DNA from: Thainema sp.
Lineage (GTDB): Bacteria > Cyanobacteriota > Cyanobacteriia > Phormidesmidales > Phormidesmidaceae
Length of the DNA: 64,000 nucleotides
NCBI GenBank assembly: GCA_052168235.1
Contig: JBQLZK010000022.1
Coordinates: forward strand, 30,804-94,803
Direction: 5' to 3'
Part shown: one piece after another, positions 43,910 to 54,295 of the stretch
Numbering within the stretch: the stretch's first letter is position 1
Layout: each line of letters begins with the position of its first letter
Made by a program: the position numbers and the translations under genes
Notes under the pieces: model-generated
Seen by the model: the letters and a program-made list of their open reading frames with translations, nothing else
Database searches by the model: none
Told to the model about the DNA's origin: nothing

Positions 43910-44153
43910 TAAGAGTTAACTGAATAAGAGTTAAATTTTCTTGGCAATCAACGGTTTTCCTTGCTGTGAATGCTGGGGGCAGCTTGATTAAAAGCATCGT
44001 TATTAGCTAGCGTAACTTCTGTTGCTGAACTGAAATCCCCGACCAGAGATAGCTCAGGAGCTTTTGCACTCTGGCTGCGCTGAATAGAGCATTGTCAGCA
44101 ACTGCAATCGGTTTCGTTGGAATACCGATTTTTTGGAGGTATAAGAAGGGTTC

Positions 44154-45845
44154 ATGGTAGTGCGTAGCCTCGCTACTCCAAGCGCCTTTACGTCACAAGG
44201 GCACGTTGAACCAACCGTTGACTCAAGCGCACGTGTTCATGCGTTTTCTCACGTCACCGGTCAGGTTTATATTGGAGCTAATGTTGAGATTGCTCCTGGT
44301 AGTTCTATCCGCGCTAATGATGGCAGTCCATTCCACATTGGTGAAGGGACGACTGTCCAGGATGGTGTTGTTATTCACGGGTTAGAGCAGGGGCGTGTTG
44401 TTGGTGATGATCAGCAACACTATTCTGTTTGGATTGGCCACCGTGTATCGATCACTCATAAGGCGCTCATTCATGGTCCAGCCTATATTGGTGACGGTTG
44501 CTTTATCGGCTTTCGCTCAACCGTATTCAATGCTCGCCTGGGCAAAGGCTGTATTGTGATGTTGCATGCTTTGATTCAGGATGTCGAAATTCCTCCTGGT
44601 AAGTACGTGCCGTCAGGTGCTGTCATTACTAGCCAACAGCAGGTTGAGCAATTGCCGGATGTGCAACCTAGCGATGTCGAATTTGCTCAGGAAGTTTTAG
44701 GTACTAATGACACGCTTCATTCCGGCTACTCGCGCGCTGGAGATAGTACTCGTGTCGCTTCAATTCGTAACAGGTCGTTCGAATCTTCGCAGTTCAGTGG
44801 ATCCAATGGAGTAGATCAAGTGCAGAGCCAACATCTAAATTCACAAATCATTCAGCAAATCAACAGCTTGTTAACGCAGGGTTTTGAGATCGGACTTGAA
44901 CATGCCGACCCACGCCGCTTCCGCAGCAATGCGTGGCAGACGGCTGGGCGAGTTAGTGCTCGCTACGGCGCTGATGCAATCTCAGAAATTGACATGAAGC
45001 TGGCGAATCTAGCCGGCGAATACGTCCGTTTAGTTGGAATTGATCCACAGGCGAAGCGCCGTGTATTTGAAGAGACGATTCAGCGTCCAGATGGCTCTTC
45101 CCCAACGTCCTTAGGTTCAACTCCGTCTTTCTCCTCCAGCAATGGATCGTCCCGCTCAAATGGTTATACAGCTCGCAATGGCAGTAGCAGTAGCAGTAGC
45201 AGCAGGAGTGGTCTAGGCGGAGATGTCGCTCAGCATGTCAGTCAACTGTTGAGCCAAGGCTATCGAATCGGTACTGAACATGCAGATGCACGACGTTTCC
45301 GAGCGAATGCTTGGCATACCTGTGCGCCGATTAAATCAACTCGGGAATCCGAAGTGATGGCTGGCTTAAAGGCTTGTATGGCTGAGCATGCTGGTGAGTA
45401 TGTGCGCCTAATCGGTATCGATCCACAGGCGAAGCGCCGTGTTTTGGAAATGACCATTCAGCGTCCTGGTGATCAACCACCGTCTAGCAGTAACGGAAAC
45501 GGTGGTGGCTATACGCCTTATAGTCAGCCAGCTGCTAGCAACCAGTCGTACAGTTCTAAATCAGCCTCAACAGCAACTACAGGTCGGTTAGATGGAGACG
45601 TGGTACAGCAGGTTCGCCAATTGCTGAGCCAGGGATGCCGGATTGGGATGGAGCATGCAGATGCACGGCGTTTCCGGGCGAATGCTTGGCATAGCTGTGC
45701 ATCGGTTGGCTCCAATCGTGAGGCGGATGTACTGCGCTCTCTCGAAAACTGCATGGCTGAGCATCCAGGTGAATATGTGCGTTTGATCGGTATCGATCCA
45801 CAGGTGAAGCGTCGCGTAGTTGAGCGGATTATTCAGCGCCCATAA
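44154..45845 (+). CDS. ccmM: Carboxysome scaffold CcmM (gamma-CA-like domain plus 3 SSU-like domains)
   Basis: Hexapeptide beta-helix, then three EHAD.RRFR..AW...GEYVRL.GIDP repeats. Confidence 0.97.
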   Translation: MVVRSLATPSAFTSQGHVEPTVDSSARVHAFSHVTGQVYIGANVEIAPGSSIRANDGSPFHIGEGTTVQDGVVIHGLEQGRVVGDDQQHYSVWIGHRVSITHKALIHGPAYIGDGCFIGFRSTVFNARLGKGCIVMLHALIQDVEIPPGKYVPSGAVITSQQQVEQLPDVQPSDVEFAQEVLGTNDTLHSGYSRAGDSTRVASIRNRSFESSQFSGSNGVDQVQSQHLNSQIIQQINSLLTQGFEIGLEHADPRRFRSNAWQTAGRVSARYGADAISEIDMKLANLAGEYVRLVGIDPQAKRRVFEETIQRPDGSSPTSLGSTPSFSSSNGSSRSNGYTARNGSSSSSSSRSGLGGDVAQHVSQLLSQGYRIGTEHADARRFRANAWHTCAPIKSTRESEVMAGLKACMAEHAGEYVRLIGIDPQAKRRVLEMTIQRPGDQPPSSSNGNGGGYTPYSQPAASNQSYSSKSASTATTGRLDGDVVQQVRQLLSQGCRIGMEHADARRFRANAWHSCASVGSNREADVLRSLENCMAEHPGEYVRLIGIDPQVKRRVVERIIQRP

Positions 45846-46055
45846 ATTAATTAGGTGCAGCTGCATTAATCAACTGTTCGAATTGGTTTTGGTGGAAGGG
45901 TTTACGGATCAGTTTTTCCATCAAGAAATGTGCCAAGATGTGCAGGTGAATTACGGGTAGATGTTAAATGTGTAGAAGTGCAGCTTTACTGTACCTCTAC
46001 ACATCAGTTTCGGTTGCAAGCGGTTGCAAATAAAGATTCGGATTATCAACATTAG

Positions 46056-46865
46056 ATGAAATTCCCCCCTCTGCAACTGATTGATCACACTCACTTTTGT
46101 CTGCAAGGCGAGGTTGAGATTGATCCAAGTGCTGCGATCGCACCCGGCGTTCTGTTTCAAGCAGACTCAGATAGCCGAATTGTGATCGGGGCGGGAGTTT
46201 GTATTGGTGCGGGTTCGGTGCTACATGCCCGTCAGGGTTCGTTAATCATCGAACCCGGTGTCAGTTTCGGGACTGGAGTCTTAATTGTAGGGGCGGGCCG
46301 GATTGGCGCGAATGCCTGTATTGGGTCTTCCAGCACCGTTTTACGACCTGCGATCGCACCTGGAGACGTCGTCCCACCGGGTTCGCTGCTGGGAGATACC
46401 AGCCGTCAGGTGACGATTGATGTGCCATCTGTAGCGGCTGAGTCAGAGGATACGCAGTCTGCTCCATCTAGCCAATCTGCTTATCGATCCGCTAATCAAT
46501 CGGCGGCTTCTGCTCAGGCCACGCAATTTAGTCCACAATCTAGCCAGAATCAGCAAAACGGCTATCAAGCTGCATCGGCTGCGACGAAGGCAAATTCTGA
46601 CTCATTCACGGCCTCTCAAGCCGCAAATGGTCAAACGGCAGAGGAGCGCGATCGCAAGAATCAGGCTCAGGATGTAGATGCAAAAGCTGAAACTGCGCCA
46701 CAATCATCAGGAGAGGGTACAAGCCCCAGTTCTCGAGCAGCAGACGCAGACTCGCCGACTCCACCGAGTGCAGTGGGCGTAAAAGTTTACGGACAGGGAC
46801 AGATCGATCAACTATTATCGGCACTGTTTCCTCACCGCCAGCCGCTCAATGATGACGAGTCATAA
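46056..46865 (+). CDS. ccmN: Carboxysome protein CcmN
   Basis: Hexapeptide repeats, low-complexity linker and C-terminal encapsulation peptide VYGQGQIDQLLSALFPHRQ. Confidence 0.95.
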   Translation: MKFPPLQLIDHTHFCLQGEVEIDPSAAIAPGVLFQADSDSRIVIGAGVCIGAGSVLHARQGSLIIEPGVSFGTGVLIVGAGRIGANACIGSSSTVLRPAIAPGDVVPPGSLLGDTSRQVTIDVPSVAAESEDTQSAPSSQSAYRSANQSAASAQATQFSPQSSQNQQNGYQAASAATKANSDSFTASQAANGQTAEERDRKNQAQDVDAKAETAPQSSGEGTSPSSRAADADSPTPPSAVGVKVYGQGQIDQLLSALFPHRQPLNDDES

Positions 46866-47115
46866 TCGTCGTGTATCGGTTACTGATTGGTATTGACTCG
46901 GTATCCGTCCTAACAAGTGTTAATAAGTATCACATATATTCTTAAGTTGGTACGTCCCATTCTATTTGTGGAAAACTACACTGTAAACATATAGATTCCT
47001 GTAAATATAGCCATCTCGCCACACGACTGCCCACATTGGTCTGTGTTGTATTCGAGATATTGACTAGGTGACTCATCTTTGCGGGAGGCTTTCCCATTAC
47101 TCGATTGAACGATTT

Positions 47116-47985
47116 ATGCCATTGCAACGCTCATCTCCAGTTTCGGTACCTCGCATGAGACCTGCTCATCGCGCAGCCCAGCATCGTGATGCCTCGTTAG
47201 GATTAGTCGCAACTCAGAGTTTTCCTGCGATTGTAGGTACGGCTGATGCCATGTTGAAATCCGCCGATGTGGTTCTAGTCGGCTACGAAAAAATTGGCAG
47301 TGGCCACTGTACAGCGATCGTGCGGGGTGGTGTGGCGGATGTGCGAATGGCAGTGCAGGCAGGACGCGCAACGGCTGAACAGTTCGGCCAGTACATGTCA
47401 TCCTTAGTGATTCCCCGCCCGTCACCCAACTTACAGGAAGTTTTGCCAATTCGGATTCTGTGGGAAGAGTTCACTTTTAAGCGGAATGGCAGCCCCATGA
47501 CCAGTCAAGCGCTGGGACTGCTTGAAACTCGCGGCTTCCCAGCGATGGTTGGTGCAGCCGATGCAATGGTTAAGTCAGCCGATGTGCAGCTTATGGCCCA
47601 TGAAACCATTGGCGGCGGACTATGCACAGTTCTGATTCGAGGTTCACTGCCAAATGTGGCACTGGCCGTTGAAGCGGGTATGCATGAGGCCGAGCGCATT
47701 GGCGAACTACATGCGGTGATGGTGATTCCACGTCCACTGGATGATTTGGAACACAGTTTGCCAAAAGTTCAGATGGTGGAAGAAGAGCAGCCATTGGCGA
47801 TTCCGCTGGCGCTGGAAGAGCGGGCGAAAGAGTTTGTGGCACTGGGTGAAAGTACTCAACAAACCGAGCGTGAGATGGTGCAGTTGCCAGACTTGCGCGA
47901 ACTCGAGCCCGCCGAGCGATCTCAGCCGCAGGCTCCACCCATGCCGCTGCCGCAGCAAGAACCCGACAAAATCGAAGAACTATAA
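47116..47985 (+). CDS. ccmO: Carboxysome tandem-BMC protein CcmO
   Basis: Two BMC domains; follows ccmN. Likely ATG at 47116; ORF open from 47068. Confidence 0.93.
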   Translation: MPLQRSSPVSVPRMRPAHRAAQHRDASLGLVATQSFPAIVGTADAMLKSADVVLVGYEKIGSGHCTAIVRGGVADVRMAVQAGRATAEQFGQYMSSLVIPRPSPNLQEVLPIRILWEEFTFKRNGSPMTSQALGLLETRGFPAMVGAADAMVKSADVQLMAHETIGGGLCTVLIRGSLPNVALAVEAGMHEAERIGELHAVMVIPRPLDDLEHSLPKVQMVEEEQPLAIPLALEERAKEFVALGESTQQTEREMVQLPDLRELEPAERSQPQAPPMPLPQQEPDKIEEL

Positions 47986-48057
47986 AATTCAAGAGCTATG
48001 ACGTAGTATGGCGTTAATTACAAGAAATTAACGTCATATTGGGATTGATGCTGAAAA

Positions 48058-48519
48058 ATGAACGATTTGGATTTGCAGCATTTGCGAACTGCGATCGCAG
48101 TTGCCAAGCGAGCTAAGCAGAACGGTAATTGTCCGTTCGGAGCGACGCTAGTTGACGATCAGGGCCAGATTTTAGCTGAAGCAGAAAATAATCAGGTGAC
48201 GACTCAGGACTGTACAGGACACGCTGAGACCCATCTTCTACGAGTCATCGCAGGTCAGTACAGCTCGGAACAGCTAGCCAATTACACAATGTACGCCAGC
48301 ACTGAGCCTTGTCCCATGTGTGCAGGAGCTATCTTCTGGAGCGGCTTAGGGCGGCTAGTTTATGCACTGAGCGCCGATCGATTCTACGATACGCAGGAAG
48401 CGGACGATTCACCTTACCAACTGCGGATGAGCTGTCGTGAAGTGTTGGCGGCTGGTAAACGCTCCATCGAAATTGAAGGGCCAGCGCTAGAAGATGAAGC
48501 ATTGATGGCGTTCAAATAG
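48058..48519 (+). CDS. Zn-dependent nucleoside/nucleobase deaminase (cytidine deaminase-like fold)
   Basis: PFGA, HAE and EPCPMC motifs. Confidence 0.9.
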   Translation: MNDLDLQHLRTAIAVAKRAKQNGNCPFGATLVDDQGQILAEAENNQVTTQDCTGHAETHLLRVIAGQYSSEQLANYTMYASTEPCPMCAGAIFWSGLGRLVYALSADRFYDTQEADDSPYQLRMSCREVLAAGKRSIEIEGPALEDEALMAFK

Positions 48520-48546
48520 TAAAAATCTTCACAATTCTGCCCTGCT

Positions 48547-48610
48547 GTAGGGGCGGGTTTCGTTAGTCAAGTGTGGTTTAAACCGATCAGTTGACAGCTA
48601 AACCCGCCCC
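48547..48610. repeat. GTAG-class REP-like palindrome
   Basis: GTAGGGGCGGGTTT...AAACCCGCCCC. Confidence 0.75.
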
Positions 48611-48642
48611 CAAAGGAGGTTTGCATAGGCAATTAATGGTGA

Positions 48643-49251
48643 CTAACCGACGGTAACGGGACTGCTCCACTGGAGATAGGGTAGTTTCGCGGCGGTTTGC
48701 TGAATTTGCGCTTGCTGAGCGACGAGCTGACCGCAGGCATCCCAGGTGCCCGAAACAAACATTTGCCGAGGGCCATTGCCCATTGAAATTGCAGCCGTTT
48801 GATCGCCCCAGGTCACGGTTTGGGCTTCCAGATCTACCTTGACTTCAAGTTGGGGATTAGTTGCGATCGCAGATTGAATGGCCTTGACCACATCGGTTTC
48901 AGCAGTGACGCAGGGAATACCCAGCGCGACGCAGTTGCCGAAGAAAATTTCAGCAAAGCTTTCGCCAATTAGCACATCAATGCCCCAGCGCTGGATGGCC
49001 TGCGGTGCGTGTTCACGGGAGGAGCCACAGCCAAAGTTGCGGTTTACAACCAGAACCTTTGCCCCTTGGTACTGGGGCTGATCAAAGGGATGACTGGGAT
49101 CTTGGGCGCGATCGTCTTCGAAGGCATGTTCACCCAGACCATCAAAGGTGACACACTTAAGAAAACGGGCGGGGATGATCCGGTCGGTGTCGATGTCGTC
49201 ACCACGTAGAGGAACGGCGCGACCAGAGAGTTGTTTAACTTCGCTACTCAT
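48643..49251 (-). CDS. leuD: 3-isopropylmalate dehydratase small subunit
   Basis: DIDTDRIIP and [11 protein letters not shown] motifs. Confidence 0.98.
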   Translation of the reverse strand: MSSEVKQLSGRAVPLRGDDIDTDRIIPARFLKCVTFDGLGEHAFEDDRAQDPSHPFDQPQYQGAKVLVVNRNFGCGSSREHAPQAIQRWGIDVLIGESFAEIFFGNCVALGIPCVTAETDVVKAIQSAIATNPQLEVKVDLEAQTVTWGDQTAAISMGNGPRQMFVSGTWDACGQLVAQQAQIQQTAAKLPYLQWSSPVTVG

Positions 49252-49313
49252 GATTGTTTCCTGTATTGCCTAAATGTTGACTGGCCAATTAGTTGTATAG
49301 ATGTAACCGTCGC

Positions 49314-49380
49314 GTAGGGGCAGGTTTAGCCGTAGCCCTTGGGGCTCGATTATTAACTGACCGCTAAAACCTGCCCCTAC
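49314..49380. repeat. GTAG-class REP-like palindrome between leuC and leuD
   Basis: GTAGGGGCAGGTTT...AAACCTGCCCCTAC. Confidence 0.8.
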
Positions 49381-49416
49381 CCATTTGTCGGGATGAAGTT
49401 TGCCCTACAGATGGCA

Positions 49417-50841
49417 TTACACCGCTGCGGGTTCGGCCTGTAATAATTCGCGCACGTCGGTCACTTCGCCAGTAACAGCGGCAGCAGCAACCATCGCCGG
49501 ACTCATCAGCAAGGTTCGACCGGAAGAAGAACCTTGGCGGCCCTTAAAATTGCGGTTTGAGGACGAAGCGCTGATTTGGCGACCCTGGAGCTTATCCGGG
49601 TTCATTGCAAGACACATGGAGCAGCCCGCTTCCCGCCATTCAAAGCCAGCGGCCAAGAAGATTTCGTGTAGTCCCTCAGCTTCGGCCTGTTTTTTGACTC
49701 GTTCAGAACCAGGGACGACAAAGGCTTTAATGCCCGGCGCAACCTGCCGTCCCTGAGCCACCTTAGCGGCCTCGCGCAGATCGCTGATCCGACCGTTGGT
49801 ACAGCTACCGACAAAGCAGACATCAACCTTCGTGCCTTTAATTGGGCTACCAGGCTGCAAGTCCATATACTTGTAAGCTTCTTCTGCCACAAACCGATCT
49901 TCTTCCGGTAGGCTCTCGGCAGTTGGCACCTGCTCATTGACGCCGATACCTTGACCGGGAGTGATGCCCCAAGTCACCGTTGGTTCGATATCTGCGGCAT
50001 CAAAGACAACCACATCGTCATACTCCGCATCGGCATCACTGGCGATTTGCTGCCACCATTCAACCGCCCGATCCCAATCGTCACCTTGGGGAGCAAATTC
50101 ACGACCTTTGAGATACTCAAATGTCATTTCATCGGGATTAACGTAGCCGCAGCGCGCGCCACCCTCAATTGCCATGTTGCAGACGGTCATTCGCTCTTCC
50201 ATACTCATCTGGTCGAACGTGGTGCCTGCGTATTCATAGGCATAGCCAACGCCGCCTTTCACGCCCAACTTGCGGATGATGTGCAGCACAACATCTTTTG
50301 CGTAAACACCAGGACGCAGATTGCCATTCACTTCTACGCGGCGCACCTTGAGTTTCGCCAAGGCCAACGTCTGAGAAGCTAGCACGTCACGCACTTGGCT
50401 GGTGCCGATACCAAATGCGATCGCACCAAAAGCTCCATGCGTAGAGGTATGGCTATCACCACAGGCAATCGTCATTCCGGGCTGGGTCAAGCCTTGTTCT
50501 GGCGCAATCACATGCACAATTCCCTGGTTGCCGGAACCCACGTTATAGAAGGTGATCGCGTTTTCTTTACTATTCGACTCCAGCGCCTGAATCATTTCTT
50601 CGGCCAGGGCATCAGCAAAAGGTCGGGCCTGGTTTTCCGTTGGCACAATATGATCCACCGTGGCCACGGTACGCTCTGGGAACATCACGTTCAGACCCCG
50701 CTCCCGCAGCATGGCAAAGGCTTGGGGGCTGGTGACTTCATGAATCAAATGCAGACCAATGAAGAGTTGAGTCTGGCCAGAGGGTAGGGTGCCGACGGTG
50801 TGGGCATCCCAAACTTTATCGAACAGCGTACCTTTACTCAT
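49417..50841 (-). CDS. leuC: 3-isopropylmalate dehydratase large subunit
   Basis: [23 protein letters not shown] and NRNF.GRQG motifs. Confidence 0.98.
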   Translation of the reverse strand: MSKGTLFDKVWDAHTVGTLPSGQTQLFIGLHLIHEVTSPQAFAMLRERGLNVMFPERTVATVDHIVPTENQARPFADALAEEMIQALESNSKENAITFYNVGSGNQGIVHVIAPEQGLTQPGMTIACGDSHTSTHGAFGAIAFGIGTSQVRDVLASQTLALAKLKVRRVEVNGNLRPGVYAKDVVLHIIRKLGVKGGVGYAYEYAGTTFDQMSMEERMTVCNMAIEGGARCGYVNPDEMTFEYLKGREFAPQGDDWDRAVEWWQQIASDADAEYDDVVVFDAADIEPTVTWGITPGQGIGVNEQVPTAESLPEEDRFVAEEAYKYMDLQPGSPIKGTKVDVCFVGSCTNGRISDLREAAKVAQGRQVAPGIKAFVVPGSERVKKQAEAEGLHEIFLAAGFEWREAGCSMCLAMNPDKLQGRQISASSSNRNFKGRQGSSSGRTLLMSPAMVAAAAVTGEVTDVRELLQAEPAAV

Positions 50842-51260
50842 GTGGTTCACCTCATAACGGATCGGTGCTGAAGTTCAGCATTGCGGTAACAGAAGGTGGG
50901 CAATACCCACCCTCAGCATAGCGATAGGGAAAGGCAGGCAATGCCAACCCTGCAGGGATTGAAACTCTTGGGTGCAGAAACTTAAGACAAAAATGGGGCA
51001 GCGGTTGATGTGCGGAACCTAAATGCCATCTCCCAATCTGCCCCCATAACCGTTGATTCCTCGAAGAGGAAAATCTTGCAGTTCTTTATCGAAATGCTTT
51101 GCAATGGAACGACGCTTTTTACGCCTCTAGATACTAGATTAGGCGCTGAAGTCAAGACTGTCCAATATATTTTAGATCGGCTATTAATACTTGTTGGATA
51201 TTAGTTGATGGTTGATGGTGACAGTAAATGGAGAGAGAGGGAATGGGTCGTGATTGGGTT

Positions 51261-52445
51261 TTAGTTAGTGGTTGATAGTAGGTGGTGATAGGTGGTGATC
51301 AGTTTTTGGGTGGCCATGTTCCAACTGTAGTGTTGTTCGACGTGAGTTCTGGCCTGTTTAGAGAGGTGCGATCGCAGTTCCGCATCCTGCCGCAACCGCA
51401 ACAGCGCATCTTTAATTGCCTTAGCAGAATTGGGGCGCACGGCTAGAATGTGTTCTTCCGGTGTGGCGATGGCGTGAATCACTGGCAGATCGGTAGTGAC
51501 AACAGGTGTGCCAGATGCCATGCCTTCCAGGACTTTGAGCGGACAGCAGCCTTGGATTAAGTTGCGATCGCAGGCTTTCAGTGGCGCAAGAATCACATCT
51601 GCTTCATGCATCTGTGCAACTAACTCACTGGGAGCCATCGGTTCCAGCCACTGGACATGCTCAGCGACGCCCAACCGCTCAGCCAGTTTATGCAGCGCTT
51701 TGAACTGGTCGGGACGACCGGGAGCCACAACCGTCAGTTGAGCCTCAAAATCGCGGCTATACAAAGCCAGTGCATCAATCGCAATATCAACTCCCTGCCA
51801 CGGCGATAACGTACCAAAATAAAGAATTTTAAGCGGCAACAGAATTGGCTCAACTCTGGGAGTAGCGCTGTAAATCTGGTCGAGATCAACGCCGTTGGAA
51901 ATCATCTGAATCCGTTTAGCATCTACTCCGCGTTCAAGCAGATATGCTTCAGTGACGGGACTGGGCGTGATCACACTATCCGCTGCCTGTAGGCAGGCAT
52001 CTTCTTGAGCAATGAGCTTGTGCATCAGTTCCAAATCGTCAGCCACCTTGGGATAGCGATACTTCAGCTCAATCGACGGTAGCCCGTTCACCTCAAAGAT
52101 TAAGAATCGACACAATTGAGGCTTGTGCAGCGCAATGGGGAATCCTTCAAAGGGAGAGCGAATGTGGATGATGTCAAAGTAGCGCCCTTGAAGCCACTGC
52201 CAAAGCTGCTGTCGAAAATGCAGCACCCGGTCAATTAGCGTTTTACCCAGTGCAGGTAAGGCAACTTGATAAAAGTTAATATCAATTTCTTGATCAATCA
52301 CTTCTCCAGTCGGAGATACGGTGACTAAACTGAGTGAGCCAACTTCTATACTGAGCGTCTGAGCAAAAGCTTGAATATGAATCGATGCCCCTTTGGGTGC
52401 GGGGACGACATCAAATGAAACATAGGCTATCTTGGGTGCATTCAT
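51261..52445 (-). CDS. Glycosyltransferase family 4 protein
   Basis: FDVVPAPKGA N-terminus; EVNGLPS, YFGTLSPWQG and PLKVLEGMASG motifs. Confidence 0.9.
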   Translation of the reverse strand: MNAPKIAYVSFDVVPAPKGASIHIQAFAQTLSIEVGSLSLVTVSPTGEVIDQEIDINFYQVALPALGKTLIDRVLHFRQQLWQWLQGRYFDIIHIRSPFEGFPIALHKPQLCRFLIFEVNGLPSIELKYRYPKVADDLELMHKLIAQEDACLQAADSVITPSPVTEAYLLERGVDAKRIQMISNGVDLDQIYSATPRVEPILLPLKILYFGTLSPWQGVDIAIDALALYSRDFEAQLTVVAPGRPDQFKALHKLAERLGVAEHVQWLEPMAPSELVAQMHEADVILAPLKACDRNLIQGCCPLKVLEGMASGTPVVTTDLPVIHAIATPEEHILAVRPNSAKAIKDALLRLRQDAELRSHLSKQARTHVEQHYSWNMATQKLITTYHHLLSTTN

Positions 52446-52553
52446 CCGATTTTCAGGGCAAAGACTTCGAGCAATCTTTTCAAATATTGAGTGGATATGG
52501 ACAAATTATTACAGCAATTTGTTATGGCACTTTTTCGATGAGCGGAGCGAATA

Positions 52554-53417
52554 ATGGCGTTTAATCTAGCACAAATAAAACGCAATCGTTGGGTCTACGA
52601 AACCATAGCATTAGCTTCACGAATTCAGCTCGATTGCAAAGAAATGGCTCAATACGATCAGCAGATGGCTAAACGTCGCAAACTGGCCAATACCGTTTTG
52701 ATCGTTAGTGGTATTGCTGTATTTGCCTCATTCTTTATCGGTTCAGTCCTAGGCCCAATTCCAGTTTTCTTGGCATTAATTCCGTTAGCTGTGGGCATTG
52801 TACTCAGAACTGTGTGGTGCAGTCCAGATATTCCAGATATGCGCTATTTAGCGCTGGAAGAACTTATTGATACGCTCAGCCGTGATGTTGCACGCGATCA
52901 GCCATTTCACGTCAAACTCGATTTTGCACCTAGCAATAAAGACTATAAGCGAATTGATACCGTTCCCTATCCAGCCCGCTCCGGCTGGAAAATGGACTTG
53001 TTTCGAGATAACTGGTTGATATTACAAGGACAGTTTTTAGATGGCACTGATTTTACGTTGTCGTTAACTGAATTGATGGTGTCGAAATATGGCTGGAAAC
53101 GAGGTAGGAGCGGCAAGCGAAAATTCAAGCGGAAGAACAAATCCAAGGGAGTAGAACTAGAGCTGGATTTACGCATTCCTCGTAAAAAGTACGGCGCGGT
53201 TCAGGTGCTGCAACAAGATGTTCAATCTGCAGTTCAACTTCCTGCAAATGTACGGCTCAAGCGAATTAAGGTCAGTGAAAACAATCTAATTCTGGGCATC
53301 AAAGCATCTCCTGATTTTTTGGTTTCAACGTCTTTATACAAGCTCAGCATGCAGCTTTTTATGAATGCTTATCATGTGTTGAATTTAGCCAAAGAACTGT
53401 CAAAGCCTGTAGGTTAA
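52554..53417 (+). CDS. Hypothetical membrane protein (2 TM plus basic soluble domain)
   Basis: 287-aa ORF with GGAG RBS, TM hairpin and highly basic KRGRSGKRKFKRKNKSK loop. Confidence 0.85.
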   Translation: MAFNLAQIKRNRWVYETIALASRIQLDCKEMAQYDQQMAKRRKLANTVLIVSGIAVFASFFIGSVLGPIPVFLALIPLAVGIVLRTVWCSPDIPDMRYLALEELIDTLSRDVARDQPFHVKLDFAPSNKDYKRIDTVPYPARSGWKMDLFRDNWLILQGQFLDGTDFTLSLTELMVSKYGWKRGRSGKRKFKRKNKSKGVELELDLRIPRKKYGAVQVLQQDVQSAVQLPANVRLKRIKVSENNLILGIKASPDFLVSTSLYKLSMQLFMNAYHVLNLAKELSKPVG

Positions 53418-53429
53418 TTCAACTCTCAC

Positions 53430-53549
53430 GTAGGTTGGGTTAGCGCCAGCGTAACCCAACAGAACTTAGTTACATTTTGATTCACATCAATCAATTTAAC
53501 TTATCGTTCCCCACTGATGTTGGGTTTCGTGTTACTCAACCCAGCCTAC
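53430..53549. repeat. Inverted pair of GTAG-class REP palindromes (REPIN-like)
   Basis: GTAGGTTGGGTTAGCGCCAGCGTAACCCAACA ... TGTTGGGTTTCGTGTTACTCAACCCAGCCTAC. Confidence 0.8.
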
Positions 53550-53575
53550 ATTAAGAAATTGTATGAGGTCTTATC

Positions 53576-54271
53576 TTGGCTACTCGATTTAAGCTAATTG
53601 CATCGTTAGGAATTGCGTTACTTGTACTAACAGCTTGTAGCAATACAGGAGTCGTTGATGAATCGGCTGAGCAACCCAGTAGCGAAGTAGCTCAATCTGA
53701 AGCAGCATCTGAAACTACGGCTACCGATACCCAAACCGCAGTAGACCAGCTGAAATTTAAGCGAGATGACGGTAGTGAAGCATTTAGTATTAAATTTCAG
53801 CCGGATGGTGCTAAGTGGGTTGATGGCAACGATCAAGAATTAGCTCGGTTTAATCTAGACGAGAATCAGAAAGTTAAGATCAAAGATGCCAGCGATAACG
53901 TATTAGGCTTTATTGTAATTAAAGATGGCTATTGGAAAGTTGAAAACGCCGAACAAATCCAAGAGTTATTCATTCTACGACGACAGGATGATGGGGATTA
54001 CAAGCTAGAAGACGGCAGCGATACCCAAATTTATCGAATCAAAAAGCGCGACTACGGTTACGAAATTGAAACCCCTGAAAAAGAGTCGCTATACAAGGTG
54101 AAAGTCAGCGAAGACGGCAAGGTTTCTCTGCGTAATGCCAATGATGAAACAGTCATTTCGACCCGTGCGCCCATTGCTCCGATCTCAGTTGCGAGCTTTG
54201 GCTTTGATGTGCTTAGCCCAGAGCAGCAGGCCGCTCTCGCCTTTGCCGTCAATCATGTTGAAAACCAGTAG
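53576..54271 (+). CDS. Hypothetical lipoprotein (beta-rich repeats)
   Basis: GAGG RBS plus TTG start; lipobox LTAC; repeated (K/R)..G(Y/A)K(L/V/I)-like units. Confidence 0.85.
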   Translation: MATRFKLIASLGIALLVLTACSNTGVVDESAEQPSSEVAQSEAASETTATDTQTAVDQLKFKRDDGSEAFSIKFQPDGAKWVDGNDQELARFNLDENQKVKIKDASDNVLGFIVIKDGYWKVENAEQIQELFILRRQDDGDYKLEDGSDTQIYRIKKRDYGYEIETPEKESLYKVKVSEDGKVSLRNANDETVISTRAPIAPISVASFGFDVLSPEQQAALAFAVNHVENQ

Positions 54272-54295
54272 CCACAAGCCATTAGGAGTCTATCG

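Noticed and set aside
45180..45205. AGCAGT short tandem repeat
   Set aside because: It simply encodes the poly-Ser linker of CcmM.
51010..51204. 64-aa ORF or possible gene remnant between leuC and the GT4 gene
   Set aside because: No recognisable homology or RBS; I cannot support it as a gene or a pseudogene.
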